Source: Vitrella brassicaformis CCMP3155 (lineage: Eukaryota; Protista; Chromerida). Taken from it: a DNA stretch of 64,000 nt. The notes under the pieces were generated by a model that saw nothing but the letters and a program-made list of their open reading frames with translations, was not told the DNA's origin and searched no databases. The stretch lies in NCBI GenBank assembly GCA_001179505.1, contig CDMY01000218.1, positions 62,001 to 126,000 on the forward strand. Reading direction: 5' to 3'. Shown piece after piece: positions 1 through 11,260 of this stretch (positions within the stretch are counted from its first letter, which is position 1; each line of letters opens with the position of its first letter). The position numbers were made by a program, and so were the translations under genes.

Positions 1-954
1 AAGGCGGCCTTCAACTTCTCGTGGGACACCATCGCCCGCCAGACCCGTGACGTCTACTACGAGCAGATGAACCGCCACGACGCCCCGTACGCCAGCTACC
101 ACCTGGGCGACGCCACACTGGCCCACGTGCTGATGGGCTCGGCCATGTACAACAACATGGGTGTCTTCGACCCCAACGAGGGCGCCGCGCGCGGCCTGGC
201 CCTGCACAAGATGATCCGCCTGTTTGGCTGCGGGCTGGGCGGCGACGGGTACATGACCTTCATGGGCAACGAGTTCGGCCACCCGGAGTGGATCGACATG
301 CCGCGGGCGGGCAACGGGTGGTCGCACTCACACGCGCGCCGCCGATGGGACCTGGCGGACAACAAGGACCTCAAGTTCAAGAACTTCGAGTTCTTCGAGG
401 CGTGTTTGTTGCGCTGGGAGAGCAAGCTCCAGTGGATGGCCGCCCCCTCCGAGAAGCTCATCGTCTGCATGCCGAGCGACAAGGTCGTCGCCTTCGAGCG
501 GGGCCCCTGCCTCTTCCTCTTCAACTTCCACCCCACGGCCTGGTACAGCCAGTACCGAATCGGCACCTCATCCACCACTCCCCTCCTCGCAGCACTCGAC
601 ACCGACGAGGGCCGGTTCGGCGGCCTTGACCGCCACCAGGACGCGCACCTGAAGCCGTTCCCCATCGGGGAGGGCTGGAATGAGTGCGATGGGTCGATCT
701 TGGTCGACCTTCCAGCCCGCACCGGCCTGGTGCTGGCGCCGGTGGACGTGCTCGAGAAGGCGCGCCGGACGGCGGTCAAGGGCGAGGAGGTCCTGGCCAT
801 GGACGTGGACGACTTCGTGTCGTCCCTGCCGAGGTGGAAGATCAGGGCCAACGGGGCGGCGCCCGCCACCAGTGGCAGCGTCGGCACGGCCATCAAGGGC
901 GGCGTGTCGTCGATGCCTGTGGGGGGCGTACGGCCCATGAAGAATGGCTTCTGA
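1..954 (+). CDS. 3' part of a 1,4-alpha-glucan branching enzyme-like (GH13) protein, 5' end outside the window; preceded in frame by a GT-B glycosyltransferase-like terminal helix
   Basis: Frame 1 is open from base 1 (KAAFNFSWDTIARQTRDVYYEQMNRHD...). It contains branching-enzyme C-terminal motifs RGLALHKMIRL, GGDGYMTFMGNEFGHPEWIDMPRAGNGWS..ARRRWDL and VVAFERG.CLFLFNFHP, and RFGGLDR in the C-terminal beta domain. Confidence 0.85.
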   Translation, partial: KAAFNFSWDTIARQTRDVYYEQMNRHDAPYASYHLGDATLAHVLMGSAMYNNMGVFDPNEGAARGLALHKMIRLFGCGLGGDGYMTFMGNEFGHPEWIDMPRAGNGWSHSHARRRWDLADNKDLKFKNFEFFEACLLRWESKLQWMAAPSEKLIVCMPSDKVVAFERGPCLFLFNFHPTAWYSQYRIGTSSTTPLLAALDTDEGRFGGLDRHQDAHLKPFPIGEGWNECDGSILVDLPARTGLVLAPVDVLEKARRTAVKGEEVLAMDVDDFVSSLPRWKIRANGAAPATSGSVGTAIKGGVSSMPVGGVRPMKNGF

Positions 955-1226
955 GCGAATGAGGGAGGGAGGGATGGAGGTCGCCGTGCCGACCACACGA
1001 GCAGTCCGGCTAGCTCAGCTCGTTTTTCCTTCCTCGGTTGGCTTGGCTGCTGCCTGGATTGCTCGGCTGGCGTGACGTGGCCTGCCCTGCTGGTGCGCGT
1101 GGTCGGTAGGCTCCTGTTGCTCTCTGTCCGCGATGTGTTTGCTTATGCCCATACATGTGTGTGTGTGTGTGCGTGTCGATGTGGTCTGCATTTTTCTGGT
1201 TTGGGAGCGCGGGCACAGCAGCAGAG

Positions 1227-1261
<35 letters not shown>

Positions 1262-3702
1262 TGCGTGGTTTCTTTCTCTGTCTATCTACCTATCTTTTTT
1301 CTGACGGACAGACAGCCAGACGGGCGGGGATGCAGGCAGGCAGACACGCCGGCATGCCGGTAGGCAAGTTTCTGGGGTCTGCCTGCCTGCCTGTCTGTTT
1401 GGATGGGGCCCTTCTGTGTGTCACGTGCTGTGGTGTCATGTGTCCTGTGTCCTGTGTGGCCCATTGAGGGTGGGCTGGTGAGAGCCAGGGAGGTGGTCAC
1501 TTGACGATGCGTCAATGGTGTGAAAAAAATGAATGGATGGATGGATGGATGGTGCCGAAAGGTCATTGGACCTTATCCGCAGCCAGACGGACAGACAGAC
1601 AGACAGACACCAAGGTAGCGAGCCAGTGTGTAGAGAGAGATGCACCCCACCCTCAGATGCAATCAATGCCTGCAATGCCACTCACGCCACCCACCATGGG
1701 GCGTTTTGTAGTTCTCGCGGCCCCCTCTCTCTTGCCGGGCGGGCGGGCGGGGGTGCGATTGAACGGTTAAGTCCATCCACCGTGTGGCGCTGTGTGTGTG
1801 GCTGACGTGTATGATAGCCAGACAGACAGACTGACGGGTGTCGGTCGGTGGCTGCCTGTGTTGTGCTTGTGGGAGGCAGGCAGGTGTGCTTGTGGGAGGC
1901 AGGCAGGTGCGGAGCGGACACTTTCAAGAAAGAGGCGTCGATGTATGGATGGAGGGATGGATGGGTAAAATGGGTGCGTGAGTGAGTCTTTTATGGCGGG
2001 TGGTGACCTTGTCTTGTGTGCCGGGGCCACATCTGTCTGTCAAGATGTCTGTCTTGCTTTATCCAGTTCGTCCTAATGTTTCCCTCCCCTCCCTCCCTCG
2101 CTGCCACGTTTCTTGTGTACCATGGTGTGACCACCAGCCGGCCTGCCTGCCTGCCTGGGTGTCAACAGACAGACGGACAGACAGGCAGACAGACAGAGGT
2201 GTAAGTAAGCATGACGGCCGGCAGCACACGTCACGGTCCCTCCTTGGTCTGCAAATGCAGCGAGACGGCCCGGCCTTGCTTGCCTTCTTTCGCTTCCTTT
2301 CACTTCCCCTACTACCACTCACTTCACTCACTGCGTATTGTATGGCAGCGCAATTTTCAACAAGCTACCTCCCTCCCTGCCCATCCGATCCAAGCATTTT
2401 TCTTTTGCTTGCCTGAGAGTGATTTTTGATGACCTACCCTACCGAATTCTTCGCCTGCCTACCTGTTTCTCTCTCTCTCTCTCTCTCTGTGGGCCTGCCT
2501 GCCTGCCTGGTCTGTCTGCCTTGTCTGCCTTGTCTGTCATGCCTGTCAACACCAATTTTGAATCATCCTGGAGAGAGCTTCGGCTTGAGGTTTTGTCGTC
2601 TCGCTCACTCACTCAGTCGCTCGCCCGTCGTGTCGTCGCTCTCTGCTGCCTCTGCTGCCTAAGATCCTATCTTCATGCCTGGCTCCCTCCCTGTCTGCCT
2701 GTCTGCCATGTGTGCGTGCCTTCCTGCCTGCCTGCCTGCCGTGCTGTGCTGTGCTTTGCTGTGCTGCCTCACTCACTGACCACCGTCTTTTTCGGTCCTA
2801 TCTATCAATCCACTTTCCCCCACTCCCCAACGTGCCGTCAGTCAAGTCAGATTGAGCATCGATGCGTGGCTATTTAACACACGATGCCGACCTGCCTGCC
2901 TGACACTGCCTGCCTGCCTGTCTGCCTGCGATTATGTGACTGTTGTGCTGCTGCGAGAGAGCTTTTCAACGTGCGCGAGCTGAGTGTGTGAGCGAGTGGG
3001 TGCGTGAGCGTGCCGGCCGGCGATTTGTGGCGTGGCGTGGCGTGGCGCACGGCGCGGCGGTGGGCCTCTTTGTCAGACATGGATGGATCGATGCGATTGA
3101 TGGACGCGATGGATGGATGGATGACCTACCTGCCCGGTTGATTGATGCGTGTGTGTCTGTGGCTGTGGCTGAGGCTACGTGAGCGTCGGCGGTGTCTTGT
3201 CTGTCTGGTGTGGTGGATGTACGTGTCTGAGTGTGTGTGTGTGAGTTAAGACTTGTGATGATGGACTGACTGAAGCTTGCTTGAACTAACCCTTCACAAT
3301 GCAGGCCTGCATCACGCCACGCACTCACACACGGAGCACACGAGCAGCAGTCTGTCTGCCGTGTATGTGTGTGCCGAAAACTCGGCCAGCGCCCAACGAT
3401 GCACTCGGTCATGTCTATCGCACCCCCAGCCGCCCCTCTCTCTCGCTCTCTCTCTCTCTCAGCCAGCAGCAAGGAGGAGGAACCTGCAGATCCACCACCA
3501 GCAGCAGCAGCCAACCACGCACACGCACACACACACACACAGGGCACGTGCACGCTCACACAAAAAGGTGGTCGGTGGGTCGGTCGGTGAACTGATCTCT
3601 CTCCCCCCTCGCCCCCCCTCTGGCCGAATATATCCCTGCTATCAAATCCACCCATCCGCCGCGACAAACCCCTCCCTCCTCACTCTCTCTTTCACAAACC
3701 TC

Positions 3703-6700
3703 TCACTCAGCACCAGCACCACCACCACCAGCAGCAGGCACTGGCAGCGCATCAAAGATGTCCCGGCACGTGGGTGGCGGCCCCAGGTAGCCCACACACT
3801 CTCGTCTGATCTTGTTGGCCACCTCGCGGGCCGTCGCGATCAGCTCGGGCGTCCACCGGGCGTACTGGTACCGCGCTACGAGGGCGGCAGGGTCCTCCTT
3901 CAGCGACGCCAGGGCGCCGCTGAGGTCTGGCGGGAGCTCGCTCGTCGCCTCGTACACCTTCTTGCTGATGGGGTCGTACAGCGACAGGTAGTGGTTCTGC
4001 GAGGAGGAAAGAAACCGACCGAACCAATGGCGACGACCGAACCAATGGCGACTGACCTTCCATCTCTCTCTNNNNNNNNNNNNNNNNNNNNNNNNNNNNN
4101 NNNNNNNNNNNNNNNNNNNNNNNNNNNNNNNNNNNNNNNNNNNNNNNNNNNNNNNNNNNNNNNNNNNNNNNNNNNNNNNNNNNNNNNNNNNNNNNNNNNN
4201 NNNNNNNNNNNNNNNNNNNNNNNNNNNNNNNNNNNNNNNNNNNNNNNNNNNNNNNNNNNNNNNNNNNNNNNNNNNNNNNNNNNNNNNNNNNNNNNNNNNN
4301 NNNNNNNNNNNNNNNNNNNNNNNNNNNNNNNNNNNNNNNNNNNNNNNNNNNNNNNNNNNNNNNNNNNNNNNGGTTGTGCTCACGTGCAGGAAGAGTCGTG
4401 GGCACCAGTGCTTCTCGTCGTCTGTGTCTTCTTGGTGGTATCGGTACTTGGTGTCGTGGACCAAAGGGCACTGCAGGGCGTTCGCTACGTGTGACCGAAT
4501 CTGCACCCACCCCACACGACACGACACGACACGAGCAAGGCGTCCATTCCCCCGCCTCTCTCTCTCTCTCTCTTCTGTGTGTGTGTGTTGACCGTGTCGA
4601 CCAAGCTAAGCTGACCTGGTGTGTGCGCCCCGTGTCGATTTTGACATTTAGCAGCCCGTAGAACCTGTCGCCATGCCGCTCCTTGTACACCTGGCGTAAG
4701 ACAGACAGAGAGACAGACACACTGACAGTAACGCACCGGCACAACACAACAACAAGCCCCACCCACCACCCTCCCTCCCATCGACCAGCCCACCCACCTT
4801 CTGAAGGCTGTAGTGGGTGACGGCCTGCAGCCAGGACTCCGTCTCGCCCAGCTGCTGCTGCTGCCCGTCGTCCCACGGGGCTCTGGCGATTGTGTGGCTG
4901 TACATGCCCCGTCCCTGAATCGTCTTATGGTTCTTGGTCACCACCAGCTGCCAGTCGATCGTCCCGATGGGTGGCGTGGCGAAGGGCGGGTCGTTGCGGA
5001 AGCGAATCGCTCGGTTCAGCCCGATGTGGTCGTGGGGGTTGAGCCGCAGCATCGGCAGGCCTGAGAGGAGGCAGGTATACAGCTTGGTGAAGCCCCTGCC
5101 TCGGTCGCGCTCGGTCTTGAGGGCGGTGAAGGCGGCGTGCGTCTTGGCCGCCACGATGAGGCCGGACGTCTCATAGTCTAAACGCTGCAGGAATCCGCAC
5201 CGGCACTCGTCGTTGGCCTGAAGGAGGATGGGGTGAGCGAGGCCGTCTGAAGGCCGAGAGAGAGAAACAGAGAGAGACCCGTGAAAAGACCGGAGGGAAA
5301 AAGGGCCGGCCGCTGGTGTGTTCTGTGTGTGTGTCCGAGTGTGGTGGTTACCGAGTTCCTGCTGCGCCCATAGGTGAATCTCCCGCCTGAAGTGGAAGTC
5401 GCGCCTTCTCATGGCGTCGAGCGAGTAGAGGTGGAGTGATGAGCTGCCCCTGTCGTATTGGCAGATCCAGTTGGGCGGCTTGTAGATGATCCAAAAGTGG
5501 CCGAGGTCACGCACCACACGCGGCCACTCCCAATCGCTCAGAAACGCCCCACGGCCCGCACCAGCACCACCACCAGCAGCAGCAGCAGCACCCCGAGGAA
5601 CAGCCACGGCGGGTGCGGCGGCAGCTGCTGCCGATGCTGCTGCAGCAGGTCGCGCCGGTGCCGCCGGTTTCTGTGGCTTGGCCTTTCTCTTGATAGGGGC
5701 GGTGGGCATGCGCGACATGGGGGAAGGGGCGGGGCGCTTCTGGGGCAGACACGGGGGCGCGGGGGGCGCGATGGCCGCAGCGGCGGCGGCAGCTGATGCC
5801 GATCCAGACGCTTGGGGGCTCTCGGCAGAGGGCAGCACTTCTGACACACGCACAGACAGATGGCTGGCTCTTCGATGCGTCATGATGTCCTTCTTGTGGT
5901 GTGCTCATTGCTGCTGACGCACCNNNNNNNNNNNNNNNNNNNNNNNNNNNNNNNNNNNNNNNNNNNNNNNNNNNNNNNNNNNNNNNNNNNNNNNNNNNNN
6001 NNNNNNNNNNNNNNNNNNNNNNNNNNNNNNNNNNNNNNNNNNNNNNNNNNNNNNNNNNNNNNNNNNNNNNNNNNNNNNNNNNNNNNNNNNNNNNNNNNNN
6101 NNNNNNNNNNNNNNNNNNNNNNNNNNNNNNNNNNNNNNNNNNNNNNNNNNNNNNNNNNNNNNNNNNNNNNNNNNNNNNNNNNNNNNNNNNNNNNNNNNNN
6201 NNNNNNNNNNNNNNNNNNNNNNNGTATCGGTACTTGGTGTCGTGGACCAAAGGGCACTGCAGGGCGTTCGCTACGTGTGACCGAATCTGCACCCACCCCA
6301 CACGACACGACACGACACGAGCAAGGCGTCCATTCCCCCGCCTCTCTCTCTCTCTCTCTTCTGTGTGTGTGTGTTGACCGTGTCGACCAAGCTAAGCTGA
6401 CCTGGTGTGTGCGCCCCGTGTCGATTTTGACATTTAGCAGCCCGTAGAACCTGTCGCCATGCCGCTCCTTGTACACCTGGCGTAAGACAGACAGAGAGAC
6501 AGACACACTGACAGTAACGCACCGGCACAACACAACAACAAGCCCCACCCACCACCCTCCCTCCCATCGACCAGCCCACCCACCTTCTGAAGGCTGTAGT
6601 GGGTGACGGCCTGCAGCCAGGACTCCGTCTCGCCCAGCTGCTGCTGCTGCCCGTCGTCCCACGGGGCTCTGGCGATTGTGTGGCTGTACATGCCCCGTCC

Positions 6701-9700
6701 CTGAATCGTCTTATGGTTCTTGGTCACCACCAGCTGCCAGTCGATCGTCCCGATGGGTGGCGTGGCGAAGGGCGGGTCGTTGCGGAAGCGAATCGCTCGG
6801 TTCAGCCCGATGTGGTCGTGGGGGTTGAGCCGCAGCATCGGCAGGCCTGAGAGGAGGCAGGTATACAGCTTGGTGAAGCCCCTGCCTCGGTCGCGCTCGG
6901 TCTTGAGGGCGGTGAAGGCGGCGTGCGTCTTGGCCGCCACGATGAGGCCGGACGTCTCATAGTCTAAACGCTGCAGGAATCCGCACCGGCACTCGTCGTT
7001 GGCCTGAAGGAGGATGGGGTGAGCGAGGCCGTCTGAAGGCCGAGAGAGAGAAACAGAGAGAGACCCGTGAAAAGACCGGAGGGAAAAAGGGCCGGCCGCT
7101 GGTGTGTTCTGTGTGTGTGTCCGAGTGTGGTGGTTACCGAGTTCCTGCTGCGCCCATAGGTGAATCTCCCGCCTGAAGTGGAAGTCGCGCCTTCTCATGG
7201 CGTCGAGCGAGTAGAGGTGGAGTGATGAGCTGCCCCTGTCGTATTGGCAGATCCAGTTGGGCGGCTTGTAGATGATCCAAAAGTGGCCGAGGTCACGCAC
7301 CACACGCGGCCACTCCCAATCGCTCAGAAACGCCCCACGGCCCGCACCAGCACCACCACCAGCAGCAGCAGCAGCACCCCGAGGAACAGCCACGGCGGGT
7401 GCGGCGGCAGCTGCTGCCGATGCTGCTGCAGCAGGTCGCGCCGGTGCCGCCGGTTTCTGTGGCTTGGCCTTTCTCTTGATAGGGGCGGTGGGCATGCGCG
7501 ACATGGGGGAAGGGGCGGGGCGCTTCTGGGGCAGACACGGGGGCGCGGGGGGCGCGATGGCCGCAGCGGCGGCGGCAGCTGATGCCGATCCAGACGCTTG
7601 GGGGCTCTCGGCAGAGGGCAGCACTTCTGACACACGCACAGACAGATGGCTGGCTCTTCGATGCGTCATGATGTCCTTCTTGTGGTGTGCTCATTGCTGC
7701 TGACGCACCTCGGTCGTCTGGGGTATCTTCGTCGAAAAGCTGTGGGTCATCTCTGTGCTTGGCCCTCTTGTGGTGCTCCCTCTTGGCCTCCCGGAGCGCA
7801 CTGTCCACGCCGCCGTGCTCCTCGACGAGGAAAGTGACGGGCTTGGACAAGTGGTTGCTGTTGCTCACCACACGCACACACCAGGAACTATCAAACACAC
7901 ACACACACACACACATACAGACCGAGACAGAGGGGAGGGGGCGGAGGGCATCCACACACACATCCGTCTCTCTCTCTGCCTGTGTGTGTGGATGGATGTG
8001 ACCACCATACCAGTCGGAGCTCATCCAGTGTACTTCGTCAGGCACGACCCCCTCGGCAATGAGCTGGTGCGCCTCGCGCTCGTGCGTCTGCCGCGCCTTC
8101 TTGTCGATCCTCACCCCACCCGCCACCTCACTCTCGTCGCCCTCGTCGTCCATGTCGTCGTCACGATTCGACGGCAGCTCGCCAGACGGGTACTCGCTAG
8201 ACGCGTCGTCGCACCCCGCCACATCCATCGGCAATAGTGGTGCTGCCCCTGCACCTGCACTAGCTGGTGCTGCAGCAGAGACCGATGCCGCTGCTGCTGC
8301 TGCTGCCGCTGGTGGTGCTGGTGGTGGCTGCTGTTGCTGCTGCTTCTTGGGTTTGGCGAATCGGATGACGGCGTCGTCGTCACTCTCGTCACCAGCACCA
8401 GCAGGAGCCGGTGGTTTAGGTGGCTTGGGTGCGGTGGTGGGTGGTCTCTCGGATTTATCGATCTTCTTCTTGGAAGGCTCGGGGGGCCCGGGGAGCCGCT
8501 TGCGATCACGGTCACGGTCACGGTCACGATCACGGTCACGATCAGGCGGGGCGGCGCGTGCTGCCGAGCTCATGAGCTTCTGCCTGATTGACGGACGCAT
8601 GGAGGAGACCGGGACAGACAGGGAGAGAGCGCGTGACGGGTGGGAGGGAGCGTGGGTGTTGGTGTGAGCACTGACTGACCTCATTTCTCGCTTGCGCCTG
8701 AATTTCTCCACGGTCTCTTCGCAGCGATCGAGGCTGCAGGTGTCGGGAAAGGCACATTAGACAGACGTACGCACAGGGGCCCACAGACGATTGATGCTTA
8801 CAGACTTACTTCTCGAGAGGCTCCCAGGTGTTCTCGCTCTCGTCATAGCCCTGATACACAGAACAGAGAAGGGGAACAGGTGTGTGGGAGGTGCGGCTGG
8901 CTCGGTTCGCTGAGCCAGTCCGGTCAAATCGCGGACTGACCTTCCACTTGACGAGGAACTTCTCAACGCCGTCAATGACCATGAGATCACGAATGTCCTG
9001 AATGCGCCACAATGCATCGCACACCTCATCATATATCCGACCAGCAGGTACGTGTGTGTTGTGTTGCGCATCTTCCTTCCCCCACACACACCATTATCCC
9101 ACGATGCACCTACGTACCTGAACTTCGTACCGATCCTCAGACATGTCCGTGTCCGACCCGTCCGAGGCGCTGGCACCATCACCACCACCGCCACCGCCAC
9201 TCTCGCTACGCCCTCCATCACCCTCACCCTCACCCTCGCCCTCCTCGTCGCCAACCTTCTTGAGCCGACGGCGCTTCACAGGCGGACCAGCATCACGGGC
9301 CACACGGGGCGAGGGACGGTCAGGACGGTCGGAACGGTTGTCAGGCGTGGCCGGCTACACACACACACGACACACAGATAGGAGGGATGGGCTGTTGAGG
9401 GGTAGGGTGGGGTAGGGTGGGGTGGTCCCGTCAGTCGGTGATTTACCCGTTTCGTCGTCTTCTTCTTGGGCCCCTTGACGGCGTCGGCCTGGCCCTTGAG
9501 GAAGCTGGCCTTGCCCGCACCCGGCCCCACACCACTCGAGCCCTTCCGCACCAGCGACTTCTTGTCCCTCACACTCGCACCCGCGTCGCTGCGATTGTTT
9601 CTCTCCTCCTTGCTGATGAGAGGACGAGCCGGCACCGAAGACGCCTGCGATGTGGGAGTGAGCGCCACTTTCCGCCCAGACTTGTCAGCGGGAAGTTGTT

Positions 9701-11260
9701 TCGGCGCGAGTGTGGGAGGCCTCGCTGCTGCTGCTGCTGCAGATGGGCCAGAGGGCTGCTTTGACGAGGGGGAAAGAGCCAGAGGCCTCTCGCCGGTGGG
9801 CTGGCGAGGGCTGCCGGGCGACACCATGCGAACAGAGGGATGGGGTGGCGGGTGGGAGGAGAGGGGCACTTTGGGGAGCTTGGGCGAAGTGGACACCTTC
9901 TTGACAAGTGGCGGGGCAGCAGCAGCCGAGGCAGCCGCACTCCCAGTAGCACCAGCCGCCGCCGGTTTCTTCTGTGTTGGCTTGTTCTTGTTTTTGTTTT
10001 TCTTGGTCTTGTCTTTGACGTCTGCTGCCGCGCGGATGGACGCGTCGGCCTGGATGACGCCGGGGGGCAGGTCGGTCTCCTTGTAGGTGCCCTTGTCGAA
10101 GAGCTCGCGGACCTTCTTGCTCTTGGACTTCTTCCACTTGACCTCCTCCCTCTTGCTGCCACCCTTCGCCTCCAAGACGATCTTGGGCTCAGTCTTCATG
10201 CGCTCGAGCAGGGCAACGGCCTCGTCATAGGCAGCTGAGCACATACACACACACGGGGCACCCGCAGGTATAAAGACAGTGGGGGTGGGGGTGGGGGTGG
10301 GCGTGTGGGGGTGGAGGTGTTCGCACCTTTGAGGGAGCCGCGTTTCTGTGCGTTGATGAACTTGTACCGGAACCAGCCGCCGTTCTTGGCAACCTGAGTG
10401 TCGTCAGGGGGCCACTGACACACACAGAGGGGGGAGAGATCAAGGGGCCACAAGTGAGCAGAGCAGGCAGTCTAATCCGTATCCCTCACCTCACCTCCCC
10501 TCACCTTGGCATGGTAGCCCTGGGAGGACTCTTGGTTCTCGCCCTTCTTGGCCCAGTAGGCGACACCCGGCACCTTCGCAAACCCCTGCTTGTCCAGCCC
10601 GCCACCCTGCCTGGGCGGCCGACCTCCCTTCTTGCTCTTCTTGCCCTTCTTCTTGCCGGCTTCGCCAGCACCTGCTGCACCACTGCCACCAGCATCGGCA
10701 CCGGCACTCTCGTCTTGGTCGGTCTCGCTTCCTGATGAGTCGGACTCGCCGTCGGAGCTGCCCGACGAAGAGGAGCCAGAAGAGCCGCTCGAGCCGTCAG
10801 AGTCAGAGCCGGAGCTGCCACTGTCGCTGCTGTCATCACCACCACCACCACCACCCGCCTCTTCCTTTTTCTCAGCCTCCTTCTCCTTGCCTTTGCCGCC
10901 CCCGGCGCCCTTGGCCGCACTCTTGTTCTTCTGCTGCTGTTGCTGCTGTTGCTTGCTCTTGGTGGCACCACCACGGCCGCCACCACCGGTGGCGTCAGCA
11001 GGAGAGCCACTGGCGGCCGATGGGAGTGCCGGTGCTGAGGGCTCCTCTCGCTGGAGAGGGCCTTTTGACGCACTGCGCTTGGGGAACGGCTGGGGGGGCT
11101 GGTTTGTGTCTGTGTTCGTGGGGAGGAGAGACGGGGTGGGTGCTGCAGGGCGGCGAGGGGGGTCCTTGGCCGCTTCGCCGGCGTCGGATGGCTTCGGCTG
11201 GCTCTCGACGTCCACACCACCGAAGCCAAGCCAGATGGGCACTGACGCTGATGCACTCAT
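3703..11260 (-). CDS. AP2-like domain + chromodomain + RluA-family pseudouridine synthase multidomain protein (~1,388 aa, 14 exons)
   Basis: Exons 11260-10505, 10414-10327, 10234-9447, 9354-9118, 8997-8941, 8850-8810, 8733-8680, 8583-8011, 7857-7709, 7626-7138, 7032-6584, 6476-6402, 6286-(gap; =4500-4384 in the other copy), 3996-3703. All introns are GT-AG with compatible phases; total 4167 nt, divisible by 3. Chromodomain: YEVQDIRDLMVIDGVEKFLVKWKGYDESENTWEPLENLDRCEETVEKF. PUS: WIIYKPP, GFLQRLDYETSGLIVAAK, KLYTCLLSG, VKIDTGRTHQIRSH, PLVHDTKY, RLFLHNHYLSLYDP. The start codon is tentative. Confidence 0.85.
4072..4371. other. Assembly gap, 300 N (within an intron of the PUS gene)
   Basis: Run of exactly 300 N. 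Confidence 0.99.
4438..7709. repeat. Apparently identical 1,486-bp direct duplicate (4438-5923 = 6224-7709), probably a contig overlap left unmerged across a scaffold gap
   Basis: Offset is 1786 throughout, and the ORF track gives identical 411-aa ORFs at 4648-5883 and 6434-7669. The first copy ends exactly at the 5924 gap and the second starts exactly after it. No substitutions were noticed, even in introns. Confidence 0.85.
5924..6223. other. Assembly gap, 300 N
   Basis: Run of exactly 300 N between the two identical copies. Confidence 0.99.

Noticed and set aside
96-998. 300-aa antisense ORF, and similar long opposite-strand ORFs at 24512-25498, 31351-32115, 57179-58528 and 61329-61973
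   Set aside because: Shadow ORFs of GC-rich coding sequence with no independent motifs.
960-3700. Numerous 60-230-aa ORFs in the region between the convergent GH13 and PUS genes
   Set aside because: Translations of microsatellites (CLPACL, TDRQTD, THTHT); no coding signal.
4017-4052. 18-bp direct repeat x2 (gaccgaaccaatggcgac), checked as a CRISPR-like repeat
   Set aside because: Only two abutting copies with no spacer, intronic, in a eukaryotic context.
4438-7709. Tandem duplication of a pseudouridine synthase gene
   Set aside because: The copies look identical even in introns and their ends coincide with a 300-N placeholder gap, so an unmerged contig overlap is the simpler explanation.
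10190-10585. PWWP domain reading (AYWAK...GYHAKWPP)
   Set aside because: There is no PWWP motif or aromatic-cage spacing. PGV-x-Y, A-K-W, K-F, G and the terminal A-x-x-x-A helix fit AP2 better.
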